Shown here piece after piece: positions 1-13,048 of a DNA stretch of 50,995 bases (positions are counted from its first letter, which is position 1; every line of letters starts with the position of its first letter). Made by a program: the position numbers and the translations under genes. Origin of the DNA: Octopus bimaculoides (lineage: Eukaryota); contig NC_068981.1 in NCBI RefSeq assembly GCF_001194135.2, forward strand, positions 161,547,283-161,598,277, written 5' to 3'. A model generated the notes under the pieces. The model worked only from the letters and a program-made list of their open reading frames with translations, did no database searches and was not told the origin of the DNA.

Positions 1-66
1 CACAGAACCGTTATACCACAAAGCATTTCGCCCGGCGGGTTAACGTTTCTGCCAACTTGCCGCCTT
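1..66 (-). mobile_element. SINE family A, 5' head fragment
   Basis: Reverse complement of the AAGGCGGCGAGCTGGCAGAA..GTTAGCACGCCGGGCGAAATGCTT head seen at 5023, 31736 and 41668. Confidence 0.75.
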
Positions 67-797
67 ATCTCTTTAGTTTCTTATCTGCATTATCTGGATC
101 ATAAATGAGTGTAAACCAAGTCACTAGTGTACCAGAAGGATAATTAATTGTTTTTATGAACCAGGCGTATCTTTGCGAGAAACAGAAGCTACTAAACTTG
201 AAATATGGAAGAAAAAGAAAAAAAAAACCTTGAGAAGCACACACAGCACGTTCAATGTCAGGTGTGATTCAATATATTTACGTAAATTTTGAGAGTTAAA
301 AACATTAATAAATAAAATTTTATCGCATGTCCTGCAGACAAAAGTAGTTATATTAGGCTCAAAATGTTTTTAAAATAGTAAAGGACCGTTTGTTCTCAAA
401 AAAAATCGATCAATGAAATATCAAAAAAAATGTTGGTTTAAAAGAAGGTTCGGAAATGGATGTTTAGAAGTTTGACGGTCATAACTTGTTCTCTAGAGAA
501 GAAAGAGCTTTGGACCTTTGTTGTTCACTATTTTCCCGAAATACTAATAAATTTTCTTTGGAATAAGATAATGAATTTATGATTTGAAAATACCAGTTCT
601 ATGCAGTTTCTTTTAAATTTTTGCCTTTCTGCTTTGTTCCTTAGTTGCAGAATTGGCACATTACTTAAGCGTTTTAAAACGTTAGCCAAATCTTGTTCAT
701 TTAGAATTTTCACTATTTGGCATTGAGCAATACATTTTCTTTAGCTTTATTTGAAGTGAATTTTATTAATACTATAACATTATTGTTTTAAAAAGAA

Positions 798-1460
798 GTC
801 ATTATTCAGTTTTAATTCAATATTTATTGCCGACAGAGAAAGAGCCGGTTTCTAACCTAGATCCAAGGCTCCTTCATTGGAATTTCAACATCAATAGGGT
901 ATTTTGTATGTATGTATGTATGTATGTATGTACGTATGCATGCATGCATGCATGCATGTATGTATGTATGTATGTATATATGTTTGTATACATGTATGTG
1001 TGCAGATTTGTATGTTTTGTTTTATGTATGTATTCTCATGCATATAGTTGCATGTCTAGACATGGTCATATATACTTAAATGTTCTGGAAAGTTTTACAG
1101 ATTTTTACAGTTCCAGTGATGGCTTGACTCTGTGATCTAATCAGCTTTCTCCTTTCTGGTTTTGAGAAGCCTAATTTCTCAAGATTGGTATTTAGGCAGT
1201 GTGTTACATATCCCAGTGCTCCAATAATTACAGGTATAAACCTGAACTTGTAATTTGGATAGAGTAACTGTAGATTCCTCAATAGTTCAGCGTAGGTATT
1301 TTGTTTTTCGCTGATCTTTAGCTTTATGTTAACATTCGCTGGACAGCTGATTTCCACAACCGTACACAGTTTCTCTTCTCTATCCCAAATTACAATGTCA
1401 GGTATATTATGTTTACATTTTATTGAAGTTTTCACTGGGACATTACATCAGTTCTCTTTA
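798..1460 (-). mobile_element. R4/Dong-clade non-LTR retrotransposon, 5'-truncated (restriction-like endonuclease C-terminus plus 3' UTR)
   Basis: ORF 1435-1076 reads KHNIPDIVIWD..TVVEISCP..EKQNTYAELL..FIPVIIGALG..GTVKICK, an RLE PD-(D/E)xK-like signature. The 3' UTR has an internal (ACAT)n/(GCAT)n tract and ends AATAATGAC, as in the copies at 17013 and 46294. Confidence 0.8.
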
Positions 1461-1489
1461 TTATTATGAGTGGATATGGGTTGTATGTA

Positions 1490-2676
1490 TCTTGCACTAT
1501 CTCTAACTCTTCTGTCGAATTTCTCGACATTTCTTTCAGCATCCACCACTCCGCTCTCACTACCTCCATCCACTACAAACACACTAACTCACATTCCTAC
1601 CTTAACTTCTCCTCCTCTCACCCTACCCACACCAAGTTCTCCAGTTCCTACTCCCAATTCCTCCGTCTACGCAGGCGCTGCAGTGACGACCATGATTTTG
1701 AGACTCAGTCTCAACTCATTGCTCGCCACTTCATCCTACGTGGATATCATGTCGGCATTATCTACACTGCCCTTGCCCGGGCACGATCTGTGGACCGCGC
1801 CTCTTCTCTTTCTCCTCGTACCCACTCCACCTTTACCCGTTTCCCCTCACCTACCACCCCTCCACCCTACCCCTCCAACGCACCATTCTCCGAGCCTTCC
1901 GGTGACTCCAGTCCGACACCTCCACCTTGCACATCTCCCCTAACTTACCCCTTCACTCCTTCAAACGAGCCCATAACCTGCGTGACCTCCTGGTCCACAG
2001 TTTCTTCCCTACTCCCACTTCCCAGTCTGACTCCTTTACCTGCTCCCGCCCACGCTGTCGCACCTGCCCTACCTCTCCAACACTACCATCTTCACAGGCA
2101 CCACTAACTCCTTTACCCGCACCTCTAGTAATGCCATTTACTGCATCTCTGGCTCTTTCTGTCCTCTGTACATTGGTCAAACGGAATACCGCTTGGCTGA
2201 CCGGTTCGCGAAGCACCTCCGGGACATCAGACTCGGTAATCACACCCTGGTCTCGTGCTGTTCTCGCTCTATTGGTCATTCGCTACAACATCTGTTTGTG
2301 TTCGGACTGTCTCTGCACAGGGGCTACTCGGACTCACGCCTTCGCTGTGAACAAGGTTTAATCTTCTCTCTTCGTTCCTTTGCGTCACATGGGCTCAACT
2401 CACCTCCTCTCTTCATCCGACACCAACCTCGCCTCCTCTCTTCATTTGATACCAATTCCACACAGATTCCCACTCACCTCCAACAACCTCCACCTACATA
2501 CCTGCATGCCGTCTCGGTACCCTCACCCACCACACACCACTATACACACACCCATACACACTGTTCGACTCATCACTCACTTCACACACCATTGCACACA
2601 CACTCACAATACCTTCCCACTCCACACACACTTCTCAGCTCCCACACTTCTCAGCTCCCACACAACACACTATCAT

Positions 2677-2712
<36 letters not shown>

Positions 2713-3350
2713 TTCAATAGCGTCACTACACATACTATATGAGCAGCCACACACACTAACTCAGTACACACTCCACACACCATTATACACGCTTTTACAC
2801 TCACACAAGCATATAATACCTGAACACAGACAATATATACATATACACACATACGTAACACACATAGACAAAAATAACTTTCGCCCACATGCATACACTA
2901 TACTCATGCACACACTTTGATCACGCACACACATGGGCACGCACCACGTGAAAAAGCACACAATAACTGCTACACACAACACATACACACGTCAAACTCA
3001 CTCTCCCCCATTCACACATACACACATACACCCTTCTCACATACATACACACACACACGCTTGCGTACCTCCTCTTGTTGGGATCACCATGAGTTATCTC
3101 CCCGTCATTCAACCTCTTTATTATCATCTCCCTTTCATTCAACCTCTTTTTTTCCAGTCATTCGCCATGTTGGACTACTGAACTCATTACGGTTGTTTTC
3201 CATTCTTTCTCTATTTATTTCCTCTTATTCCTTTCTTTCGAAGAGCGTAGGCTCGAAACGTAAAAGACTTTTTCATTTTTTCCCGAGCGTCAAACTAATA
3301 CACTTGCTTGTAGTTCCTACATCTGTCTTCGTGTTTGTTTTTCTATAAAT
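1490..3350 (+). mobile_element. Penelope-like element (Neptune-type), 5'-truncated and frameshifted: RT thumb, Cys linker, GIY-YIG endonuclease, CA-rich tract, hammerhead-bearing tail
   Basis: FLDI..TTSIHYKHTNSHSYLNFSSSHP..YSQFLRLRRRCS..RGY, then SFKRAHNLRDLLVHS, CSRPRCRTCP, a YIGQT motif, RLADRFAKHLRDIR and EQGLIFSL..HGLN across three frames. The tail at about 3060-3350 matches 48800-49010. Confidence 0.88.
3231..3266 (+). ncRNA. Degenerate minimal hammerhead ribozyme motif (Penelope tail)
   Basis: CTTT-CTTTCGAA-GAGC gtag GCTC-GAAA-CG-TA-AAAG. Stem I is CTTT/AAAG, stem II is 4 bp, and stem III is the palindrome ACGT. The core differs from CUGANGA at two positions. Confidence 0.6.
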
Positions 3351-3409
3351 TTGATGTATGTATGTATGGATGGATGGATGCATGCATGCATGCATGTAAA
3401 ATTTGTTTC

Positions 3410-3645
3410 AAGCCTGTAAGATCACGTGGCCGGAACTTACCCAAGTGGCAGAGTTGTTTATGTGACTAAAACTCCTCTGAACGGCGTGTTAGTCCGTCGT
3501 AGGGTTATCTCACTTTTCAACCGTGTGAATAGAAGTAACATGTGGTACAATGCCTTGCTGAAGGACACAACGCACCACCGAATCTGGAATTCGAATGCAC
3601 GAGCAAACGATCGTTAGTTGGACACTCTAACCACTAGACCACGCG
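3410..3645 (-). mobile_element. tRNA-derived SINE (family E)
   Basis: The reverse strand has a tRNA-like head with A/B boxes (TAGTGGTTAGAGTG..GAATTCCAG). The body is similar to 23775-24020. Confidence 0.6.
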
Positions 3646-4511
3646 TCTTCATACATACATACATACATACGCGCGCGCGCACACAAAACACCTTTCGAAT
3701 ATCCTCACTTTTACTGCCTTTAATTCAAATTAGTCTATTGACTGCGCCTTTATGGTCCAATATCATAATTTGTTGCATGGTTGGATGTCCACGTGCAAAA
3801 ATTACTGTTGTTGACCCAAACAAAATATTGTACATTGCTGCTACACGTTGAGAAATTTGTACAGTTTTTCTTCTTTTTTATTCAACAAGTGCTCTCGAAT
3901 TAGATGTTACTGTGTTGAACGGATCATAAAACATGTCATTTTATTTGCATGAACGACGTGGAGTGTCTTACTCTGCTAATTTCATATAAGGAATATTGTG
4001 ACCATTACAGTTGAGGCAATAATGTAAAAATCCATTCTTTAAGAATCGATTATTACTCAGTCACATTTTTTAATAAGGCGACACAAGTGCTTACATATTG
4101 GTGATACAGAGAACTTCCTCAAAAGTATGTTGCTAATTAAAAATACATCACGATATTCTTATTGATAGAATGTAGCACAGTTTATATGTACAGTGGGATA
4201 TTTTAGTTTCCCTGAAACAATTCAGAGCCATCGCTTTTTCTAGTTGAATTTTGGGACCGTAAAAGTGTGGACACCCCGATTTTCCAAAATACAAAGTGAA
4301 GAAAGATCATTTCCATATGAATTTTAAAAATTAAAAAATTTTCTATTGAAAACCAAGTAGTTTTTGTAACATAGTAGAGGCTATCATACACAACCATTAT
4401 TAACTATACACAGCTGTTCTAACTATGTTAGAAAGTTACTGCTAAACTTGAACCAGCTGCAGTATTCTAAGAAGGAAAAAAAATAGTTTATTTATCTATG
4501 GAGGTCATTGG

Positions 4512-4790
4512 TGGAGACGCAATGGCCCAGTGGTTAGGGCAGCGGACTCGCGGTCGGAGGATCGCGGTTTCGATTCCCAGACCGCGCGTTGTGTGTGTTT
4601 ATTGAGCGAAAACACCTAAAGCTCCATGAGGCTCCGGCAAGGGTGGTGGCGACCCCTGTTGTACTCTTTCGCCCCAACTTTCACTCTTTCTTCCTGTTTC
4701 TTGAGTAACGCTTAGATGGACTGGCGTCCCGTCCAGCTGGGGGGAACACATACGCCATAGAAACCGGGCCATGAAACCGGGCGCATAATA
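4512..4790 (+). mobile_element. tRNA-derived SINE (family D)
   Basis: Head TGGCCCAGTGGTTAGGGCAGCGGACTCGCGGTCGGAGGATCGCGGTTTCGATTCCC with A and B boxes, a GATGGACTGGCGTCCCGTCCAG body and an A-rich end. Confidence 0.75.
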
Positions 4791-5022
4791 AATAAAAAAT
4801 AATGGATGTCATTGAAGACACTTCTGATTAATATTTCGAATTATGTACCAATTATTTATTGTTTAGAACAAAACTGCTTGTAACCTACACGCGATCCATT
4901 TGAAAACAACGTATGCCTCTTTTTTCACAGAAATAAAGATTCTAAAAGGACTGTTGCCATACATATCTAACCCTAACTGTTTGTTGTTGCTGATATCGAT
5001 GTAAGGCAATATTCTACACATG

Positions 5023-5235
5023 AAGGCAGCAAGCTGGCAGAATCATTAGCTTGTCGTGAAAATACTTAGCATCATTTCGTCCGTCGTTATGTTCTGAGTT
5101 CAAATTCCGCCGAGGTCGACTTTGCCTTTCATCCTTTCAGAGTCGATAAAAAGAATACCAGTTGAGTACTTAGGTCGATGTCATCAACTTACCCTCTTCT
5201 TCGAAATTGTTGGCCTTGTGCCAAAATGTGAAATC
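5023..5235 (+). mobile_element. SINE family A
   Basis: Matches the GTTCTGAGTTCAAATTCCGCCGAGGTCGACTTTGCCTTTCATCCTTTC core repeated many times in the window. Confidence 0.85.
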
Positions 5236-5344
5236 ATTGCTATTATTAGTGGCTGTTACTTTAGATAGAGTGATAATTCTTTTTAATTAAATTAAAGGAA
5301 AAAGTTCACTGCCCGTGAATATGAAGGTTTTGCTATTTTTCAAG

Positions 5345-5376
<32 letters not shown>
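5345..5376. repeat. (ATT)n microsatellite abutting an assembly gap
   Basis: Direct reading. Confidence 0.95.
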
Positions 5377-6495
5377 NNNNNNNNNNNNNNNNNNNNNNNN
5401 NNNNNNNNNNNNNNNNNNNNNNNNNNNNNNNNNNNNNNNNNNNNNNNNNNNNNNNNNNNNNNNNNNNNNNNNNNNNNNNNNNNNNNNNNNNNNNNNNNNN
5501 NNNNNNNNNNNNNNNNNNNNNNNNNNNNNNNNNNNNNNNNNNNNNNNNNNNNNNNNNNNNNNNNNNNNNNNNNNNNNNNNNNNNNNNNNNNNNNNNNNNN
5601 NNNNNNNNNNNNNNNNNNNNNNNNNNNNNNNNNNNNNNNNNNNNNNNNNNNNNNNNNNNNNNNNNNNNNNNNNNNNNNNNNNNNNNNNNNNNNNNNNNNN
5701 NNNNNNNNNNNNNNNNNNNNNNNNNNNNNNNNNNNNNNNNNNNNNNNNNNNNNNNNNNNNNNNNNNNNNNNNNNNNNNNNNNNNNNNNNNNNNNNNNNNN
5801 NNNNNNNNNNNNNNNNNNNNNNNNNNNNNNNNNNNNNNNNNNNNNNNNNNNNNNNNNNNNNNNNNNNNNNNNNNNNNNNNTTTTCCAATCGAACTGAATA
5901 GTCTGTTATCGTACACGCTGTACGTAATTCTCCAGCTGAAAAGCGTGGCACAATGTGTGTGACAAGGCTTATGCCGTTTATATCATGGGTAGAACCCACC
6001 CGACGGGCTTCTTTTTTTTTTTTACCGTTTTCGTCAACCTAATTTCATTCACAACGTGTGAGTAGAAACAAAATGACATAATAATAAATGCTCAAGATGT
6101 GCAACGTTGGATTAACCATTAAGCATTAAGCATTATAAACAAGCGTTTAGAGCATCAAGGGAAGAGGAGAACGACAAAAATGAGACATAGTCTACGGCAC
6201 AAAAGAAATCACTTTAAACTTGTTAAAATAATATTCGGGATGCCACATCCCTACAAAGTATAGAAACAGATGTGTAACGTAAGATTAATTTTGAAGATCT
6301 GACCAACGACTTTGCAATTAAAAAAAAAAGTAAGGGAAAACTTTTCAAATACAAATAAAGTGGAAGTATACAAAAATAAATATTTCACATCTTACCGTTA
6401 GTTTTGTTTCATTTTTTAAAAATAACATATATTATGTTTATTTCGTTTTTGTATTTGGTTTGCAAGATTCTTTAAGTGAATTCGTGTGTTGAAGC

Positions 6496-6664
6496 ATATT
6501 TTATTGTGTCTGAGAAGAATCGTTCTCTTTTAGTGTCTTATTACTTAGCACACTCAAAAATTTTAGAAAAAATAAATAAGTAAATGAGTGGAAATCGAAC
6601 CGGTGAGTGCGTTAAGTAATAAGGCACTAAAAGAGAACGATTTTCCCCAGACAGAATAAAATAT
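6496..6664. repeat. Fold-back inverted repeat (about 60-bp arms, about 47-bp spacer)
   Basis: 6499-6556 versus the reverse complement of 6604-6661, about 86% identical. Confidence 0.85.
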
Positions 6665-6669
6665 TTTAT

Positions 6670-6761
6670 GTTTAGTTATTGTTTATATTTTGTATTACCT
6701 ATATATGGGAACGCCAAAATCTTTTAAGTGCTTAGAGCCTCTGGGTCTTAAACCGGCCCCG
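6670..6761 (-). mobile_element. End of a hAT-type MITE (same family as 18660-19075 and 43146-43600)
   Basis: Contains CCAAAATCTTTTAAGTGC..AGAGCCTC and ends TCTTAAACCGGCCCCG, the reverse complement of a CAGGGCCGGATTAAG-like TIR. Confidence 0.6.
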
Positions 6762-7249
6762 AAGAATGTCGCATGGTCAGATCGAATTCGAAACCTTGAG
6801 GTGGCCATGCAAACATCTTAACCATTCGGCCATAGTGTTCTGACAATAAACATGAAAAAAATCCGTTGTAAGTGATCATGAGAAATCTATAAAACAGAAA
6901 AACTGCTAATAGTTGTACAAAAACAAATCTAATTTCAAGCTTGTTGACAAAGGCTAATACTGAAAATACGAAAATGTAAACATTTGAAATTTACTGTAGT
7001 GTACAAACGGCATGTCACTGAAGTCAGTAGCATTCAATTGACGGATCACCAAATTGTTCCAATAACAATTTAATAAAGGAAGTGGACTTGAAAAGGTTAA
7101 GTAACATCAAACAAAATTCATGGATCAAATTAATCATGTTATTGCTCAAGCTTTGAGTGTGAAGCTCGTCGATAACTTAGAAATGACAAAAATACGCGTT
7201 ATTAATTGACGAACCAATTAATATAAGCGTCATAAAAAGTGATGTGTTT

Positions 7250-9480
7250 ATAAGTAAATATTTTTTCCTACAAAAAACGAAGAATTAAAAACTATTTATT
7301 TAGGCTGAACAACTTAACGAAAATTTTTCATAATGAAACTGAAAGTTTTTAATAACAAACAACTTTTTGCAAATAATTACGTTGGATAAGAGGTAGATGG
7401 AGTAAATACTGTTGATGTGCAAAATGCATTAGTGTTTTAGAAATTTGAAAAGTATGAACCCCAAATATATAGCTCGGTTTCGCTATATGAAACCAAAAGG
7501 AAAATTTGTTTTGCGTTTGCGCCCGTCATCGAGATGACTGCAAGAAAATTTAATACATGCTACAAAATTAGCCCGCCCATGCATGACTCGTAGGTCGATC
7601 AAAGGGAAATAAATGTATACTAATAATCCAACGGCAACGGATGGATCACGTGGCCTATATTATGTCAATTGCTGAATTACATGTTGCATACTCTGAATAT
7701 TGAACTTCGGAACTTCGGGGCACAACTAATAAATTTTATCATAATTTCACTTGCCAGTTTATCTTGAATTTCGAGTCTATAAATGTAGTTTTGAATTATC
7801 CTTTGGTTGGGCTAGAGAGGACGCGGTGTAACGTGATCCAAGCAAGGGAATATTTTAAAGTCCGATTCAACTGTTGTTGAGATGGGATCCTATTCTAACA
7901 GAGTAAGTACCAAGAGTAGAAGATACTATAAAAGGAGGGAACATCTACAGTTTCACTATCTCCCAAGTAACAGATTGAGTTTATCTCAACTTTCTAATCT
8001 AGTGAAAGTGATCTCAAAAATATTTCGCCATTATCGTGAATGAAATTCCAAACATCTCCCACTTTGAGCAGATAATATATAAGTCCGAGGTATGTTAATT
8101 TAAATGAAGGTAGGTACAAAACAGATTTCTGAAGTTTGCATATTGCATCAGTAAATCGAAGAGATTATTCAGCTTATCATGGGTGCCTTCGAAGAACGTG
8201 CCTTTCCTTACAGTGACTGAAAGGCGCACGCTTATAACAACGATGCAAACATGGCAGAAAAGTATAACGAAGCTTAAGCGAAAATACTAGAGCCAGTGTT
8301 CGATGGAAATAATTTCTTTACGTGGCTACTATATTCTCAGTTGGTATAGAAATAACGCAGCTAAGTGCATACCGCAAGCCATAGCATATTTTGGAACAGT
8401 TCTAACGATTTACACCTTGTTTAGTTCCAACTCTTAACGATGGGAATTACTTAAAATTCGCTTAGGTTGTTCTCTACAAAGCGTATCAAAAACCAAATGG
8501 TCTGACAGACTTGAATATATCAAGCATTTTGCATCTTACCTTACCGGCATATAGTTAGCGTTACAAGATCTCTCAGAGCTTAATTTAACTATCAAGAAGT
8601 GAACGAAATATTAGTACAATTGAAACAGTTTAACAAGTGTTAATGTCAGCTGTTTGGCTACAGTGTTGATTTCCATTAGTATTTGCAATAAGGTCATTCA
8701 AATTGAAGATACCACACTGGATGTGGAGGCATCTAAAACTGAAACTTTCTTTGAAGAGTTAGTTGATGAAGCTTACGAAACATCTGGAAAAGGATCTGAG
8801 AAAGAAGTTTTGAGATGTAAATCAAACTCGCCATCGACTTGGAAGCGTGAGTCGAAACGGGAAGGTACACCATGAAACAAATCCTCATGACAACCTTGTG
8901 GAGGTGAATGAGGCAGGTGATTTGCCTCAAGAAGCCTACTTCTAAAAATCTCTGTTTTATGTTTTGACTAATAATGTTACAGTAACATTAAATACGCGTT
9001 TTAATAGTGTTAAATAATTGGCTGAAAATGTTGTTACTTGTCGAAAAATCTAACAAAAAACTGAAAAAAGCCAGAAAAAAGCGAATTATTTTCACACAAA
9101 TAATCCTACTTGACCTTAACGATGAATATTTTGAGATGCAACATTTAACGTCAGCATATAAAACAGATTTTGGAAAACCAGAAATAAAACCGTTAGAGAT
9201 AATGAATTTAGAAACTGACTAAAATTATGTGAGATATCTCCAAATGCTTATGTTTGAGAATATTATTAACTATTACAGCAACAGCAACTGCAGCGGAGAA
9301 ATACGATCTTTTAGCAGATTCAAACATCTCAAAAATTGTTGAAGTCCATTATGTCTGAAACTAGGTTTGTTGATTTTAGCGAGGCAGAGAATTGACTCAA
9401 GTATTGCCAGGGAAATTGTCTTGGCAGTATTATTAGAAGTTTTGCAGAGACAGGAAGCTCATTTAATTAGCCGATTAGGC
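7250..9480 (+). pseudogene. Highly decayed hAT transposase (Tip100/ZMYM1-like)
   Basis: Colinear motifs across frameshifts: YFAIIVNEIPNISHFEQI (8021, first catalytic-Asp region), AYNNDANMAEKYN, AAKCIPQAIAYFGTVLTIYTLFSS, KWSDRL, and the dimerisation-like LRILLTI..AAE/RSFSRFKHLKN/IMSE (about 9250-9370). Confidence 0.75.
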
Positions 9481-9807
9481 TTATCGTTGTTTTGTATAGA
9501 GTATATAACTATCAATATTTAAGAAAGTTTATCAGTGATCATATCAAGGTAGCCTGAGATTAGCCATGATGTTGAATTATACTTTCATTATAGTGCGTGC
9601 AAAAGCTCATATTTAATCCTGTATTTCTCTCTTTCATCCTCTCTCTTTCTCTCTCTCAGATTTTATATAAAAAGTTGGCAATCTGCTCAGATTCGCCTTG
9701 AGTTGAGTTGTCAATTGGTGAAACTCTGAGTAAACTGTCAAACTTATGATCTAATTAACATATCTAACCGCTATATCAAATAGTGTTTGAGCTACGTAAA
9801 ATATCTA

Positions 9808-10000
9808 AGGCGCAGGCGTGACTGTGTGGTAAGCAGCTTGATTACCAACCACATGGTTCTGAGTTCCGTCCCACTGCGTGGTACCTTGGGCAAGTATTTT
9901 CTACTATAGTTTCGGGCCGACCAAGGCTTTGTGTGTGGACAGAAACTGAAAGAAGCTCGTCGAATATGTGTGTGTGTGTGTGTGTATGTGTGTGTGTGTG
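9808..10000 (+). mobile_element. tRNA-derived SINE family B, 5' half ending in (TG)n
   Basis: AGGCGCAGGCGTGACTGTGTGGTAAG..CACATGGTTCTGAGTTCCGTCCCACTGCGTGGTACCTTGGGCAAG. Confidence 0.85.
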
Positions 10001-10002
10001 CA

Positions 10003-12080
10003 AGAGGGATTTCTGGAAGTTATCCATAGGCCTAGGCCCAAAAGTTCTCCGAAATAGACCGGTTAGTTGATTCTCGTCGACGCCTAGAATTTCTCCAAGA
10101 ACGTCGTCGCACTTCCCCTCCACTAGCTCTCTATAGAACGCTAGAGTGTAACTACCACCGACCCCATTGCCCGGCTGGTGGAGAGCTGTGAGCGCTTGAC
10201 GGCACTCGAGGTGCCAAGCGCTCCTCCTCAGTCTACGCCTAATCCAGTTTTTCATGTCAGGCAAAAAGACGAGCTGTGGAAAAGTGAGTCTTACAAACGG
10301 CGACCACACCTGCTCGCCGTCAAGGAAACGCTGAAGATGCCGTAGCCTGAGCGCATGTTTGCGCATCAGTAACCACAGCATTCCCAGCCCTCTATTCAGC
10401 GGCTGTTGACAGCAGATAGAGCACCTGACCGGTGGAACGCGCTTCTTCCACAGAAAGCGGAAGAGTAAGCGCATCAGCTTGGTCAACCAGCAAACGCGGC
10501 AAGGAACGACGGTCAAGTGGTAATAGATGACAGATGCGATGTACGCATTCACCACCTCGGCTTGACCTTTCAGGGACAGCTTCCTCTCGGCCCATTTCTG
10601 GGTGAGATTGACTACCCTGCTCTCACCTCGTCCCAGTTTTTCTCTACCTGGAGGTCTGGACCGAACCAGACCCCGATGAATTTAACCGGGGCCTCTGTCC
10701 AGCGCCCCACAACGCTGTTGGAAGGCATGGACTTGCCGACTTGCCGACTTGCCGAGCTGCAAGCCTACTGACTTTTCAGCGTTAATTTTTGCTCCTGTCA
10801 CCGCTTTATATTCTTTTAGTGTGTCACCGATCAGGGCTATATGCCTGTGGTTCGACATTATAGCGGTAACATCGTCAACGTAAGCAGACACACTTCTCCC
10901 ACATCTTAGATCATGCAGGACACCCCTCAAAGCCTCCAACTTCCGCAGCAATAGCTCAAGAGTCAGTACATACAGAAGGAGGAGAGAGGGCACCCTTGAC
11001 GGACTGAGTGCAAGATGCTGAATGGTTCCGACAGGTGACCATTCACCCGAACAACTGAGAAGCAGCGATCCAACCACGGACAACCCGATCGAAACCGGCT
11101 TCCCCGAGGACAAGCTGCCAAGTATTGATGGTCGACCCTATCAAAGGCTTTAGATTGGCCTAAATTGATCAGAACCCCACCCATGCCAGCTTCGTTACTC
11201 ACCTTCTCTATGATGTAGCGCATGAGATTGTCGTGAGTAGTCTTGGTTGGGATGGCGTATGTTTGCGCCTCGCCAACCAGCTTGCCCATGACAAACACCA
11301 ACCTCTTTGGATAACACCTTGGCCAAAATCTTCAACTTTGCATTGAGCGGAGTAATGGGCCTGAAATTTTCTAGAACGTCGCCCTTGTTTGAGCCCTTTC
11401 TCAGCAGTGCCACCGCCCCTCGACAGGCAAAGGTGGAAACTCCCCCATTCTGCTGCCAGTTGCAGTAGTTGTCTGCTAAGAGACTCGCAAACAAGTTTGG
11501 CATCGAAATATAAAGCTCGTAAGGCAGACCATCCCAAACCGGTGATCTGCCTCTCGTGCGGCTCTTCATCGCTTTCTGTATCTCTATAGCTGTTTTCGGT
11601 CTTTCGCAGCACTCCGCCTCGCTCGCCGAGATTCGTGGCAGGCCGTCCAGGTAGACACTGTAGTCTGCCCTCTTATCCGTCCTACCATTCGTCCTGAACA
11701 GTCGAGCAAAGTGCTGCTGAAAAGCCGTACACATGTTTCGGTTTGAACACCTCGCGCCCGTTCTGGTCCACCAAAGACCGAATGGTGGCTTTGTTGCCAC
11801 GTTTTGTCTCCGCCAATCGGGTGGCTTTCGTTCCCTCCCCGCTCTGACAACGCAACTTTCGTGTTTGGCATAAAAAAATTGGTCGAGAGCCAACCTCGCA
11901 GCCAACACGTCGGTTGCGATGCCTGTCCTAAGCGCCCCATCTAACCTTCTAACTAAGTCTCTCTCTATTCTATTTCTTTCTACTGCTAAAGCCTTTCTAA
12001 ACCTAATCAATTTTATTCTAATTGTCCTTTTAAGAGCAAACCACCAGTTGTTGTTGTTTTTTTCAGCTATTAATAATGAA
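10003..12080 (-). mobile_element. Tx1/L1-clade LINE ORF2 fragment (reverse transcriptase), frameshifted and truncated at both ends
   Basis: SPVWDGLPYELY, NFRPITPLNAKLKILAKVL, QSKAFDRVDHQYL, SVRQGCPLS, SAYVDD, GAKINAEKS, FLWK..GLGM over several frames. Confidence 0.92.
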
Positions 12081-13048
12081 GCATTTAAAGTTATGCGATG
12101 TTACGTGAAATCAAAAAAGTGGTTCAGAGAAGAAATTTAACAAGATCTCTGTCACCTATTTCAGCAACATCGAAATACCTAAGAATATTTGGTGGAAGTA
12201 GGTGCAATTTGTCTAGTCTTATGCAAAACAATGTAGAGATTTTTAATGCAACAGGTCATCTGTATGTTTTGTAGTGTGAGCAAACATTATCGAAGAAACT
12301 CTCTGCGTTATGAGGATGCTTAACAGAGAGGACAGCCTATTCTTGAAAGTCATCAAAATTGGCATTCATTGCTAATCCTTTAACAGACTTATTTCTACTT
12401 TGAAAGTTTATTCGGTGTGGTTTCTCAGCATCCTGTTTGTTTGCACTGATGTTACTGTACAACAAAAATGTAGCAAAACTAATGGAAAATTACGAAAAAG
12501 TTAAAAGGAAATACTAACAATCTGTTATAGGCGACGAGTGGTCAGCATCGTAAAGAAAAAGAAAGAATGAAAGAAAAAGGAAAGAAAGAAAGGAAGAAAG
12601 AAGGAACATGATAGAATTTATAGCAATACCACAGGGAACGAAATAGTTTAACAGACACATGTCAGCAGGCTCAGGAGATCTAAAATGGAGGCCATCGTGA
12701 AAAGCGGTTTGTCGCTAGAAGTCGCCCACGCACACATACATCTGTAAATGCGAGCGATCACAAACACACGGGCCGAAATATAAATAAACTTGTACGGACA
12801 CCTATGCAGGATCTTAAATACTCAATAACAAAAGTAGTAGTAACAGTAACAATTATAATAGTTATGAAAATCACAATATTAAAAAGGTTACAAAATATGG
12901 CACAAGGCCAGTGAAATATTCGGATGAGGTGGAGTAGGGGAGGGGTCAATCACTTAAATCCCCGTGGTCGACTGGCACTTCATTCATCTACTTCCCCGTC
13001 CCCCAAAAGATAAAAGGTAAATTGAACCTCAGTGGAATTTGAGTTCAG

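Noticed and set aside
2380-3348. His/Thr-rich and Val/Cys-rich ORFs (also 827-1135, 30746-31581, 49018-49697)
   Set aside because: They are translations of (CA)n, (TG)n and (TATG)n microsatellites with no domain signal.
5287-5999. Long ORFs composed mostly of X, here and over the other gaps
   Set aside because: They are artefacts of N-runs being translated without stops.
8654-8875. 73-aa acidic ORF as a possible host exon
   Set aside because: It lies within the colinear decayed hAT transposase and has no independent splice or homology support.
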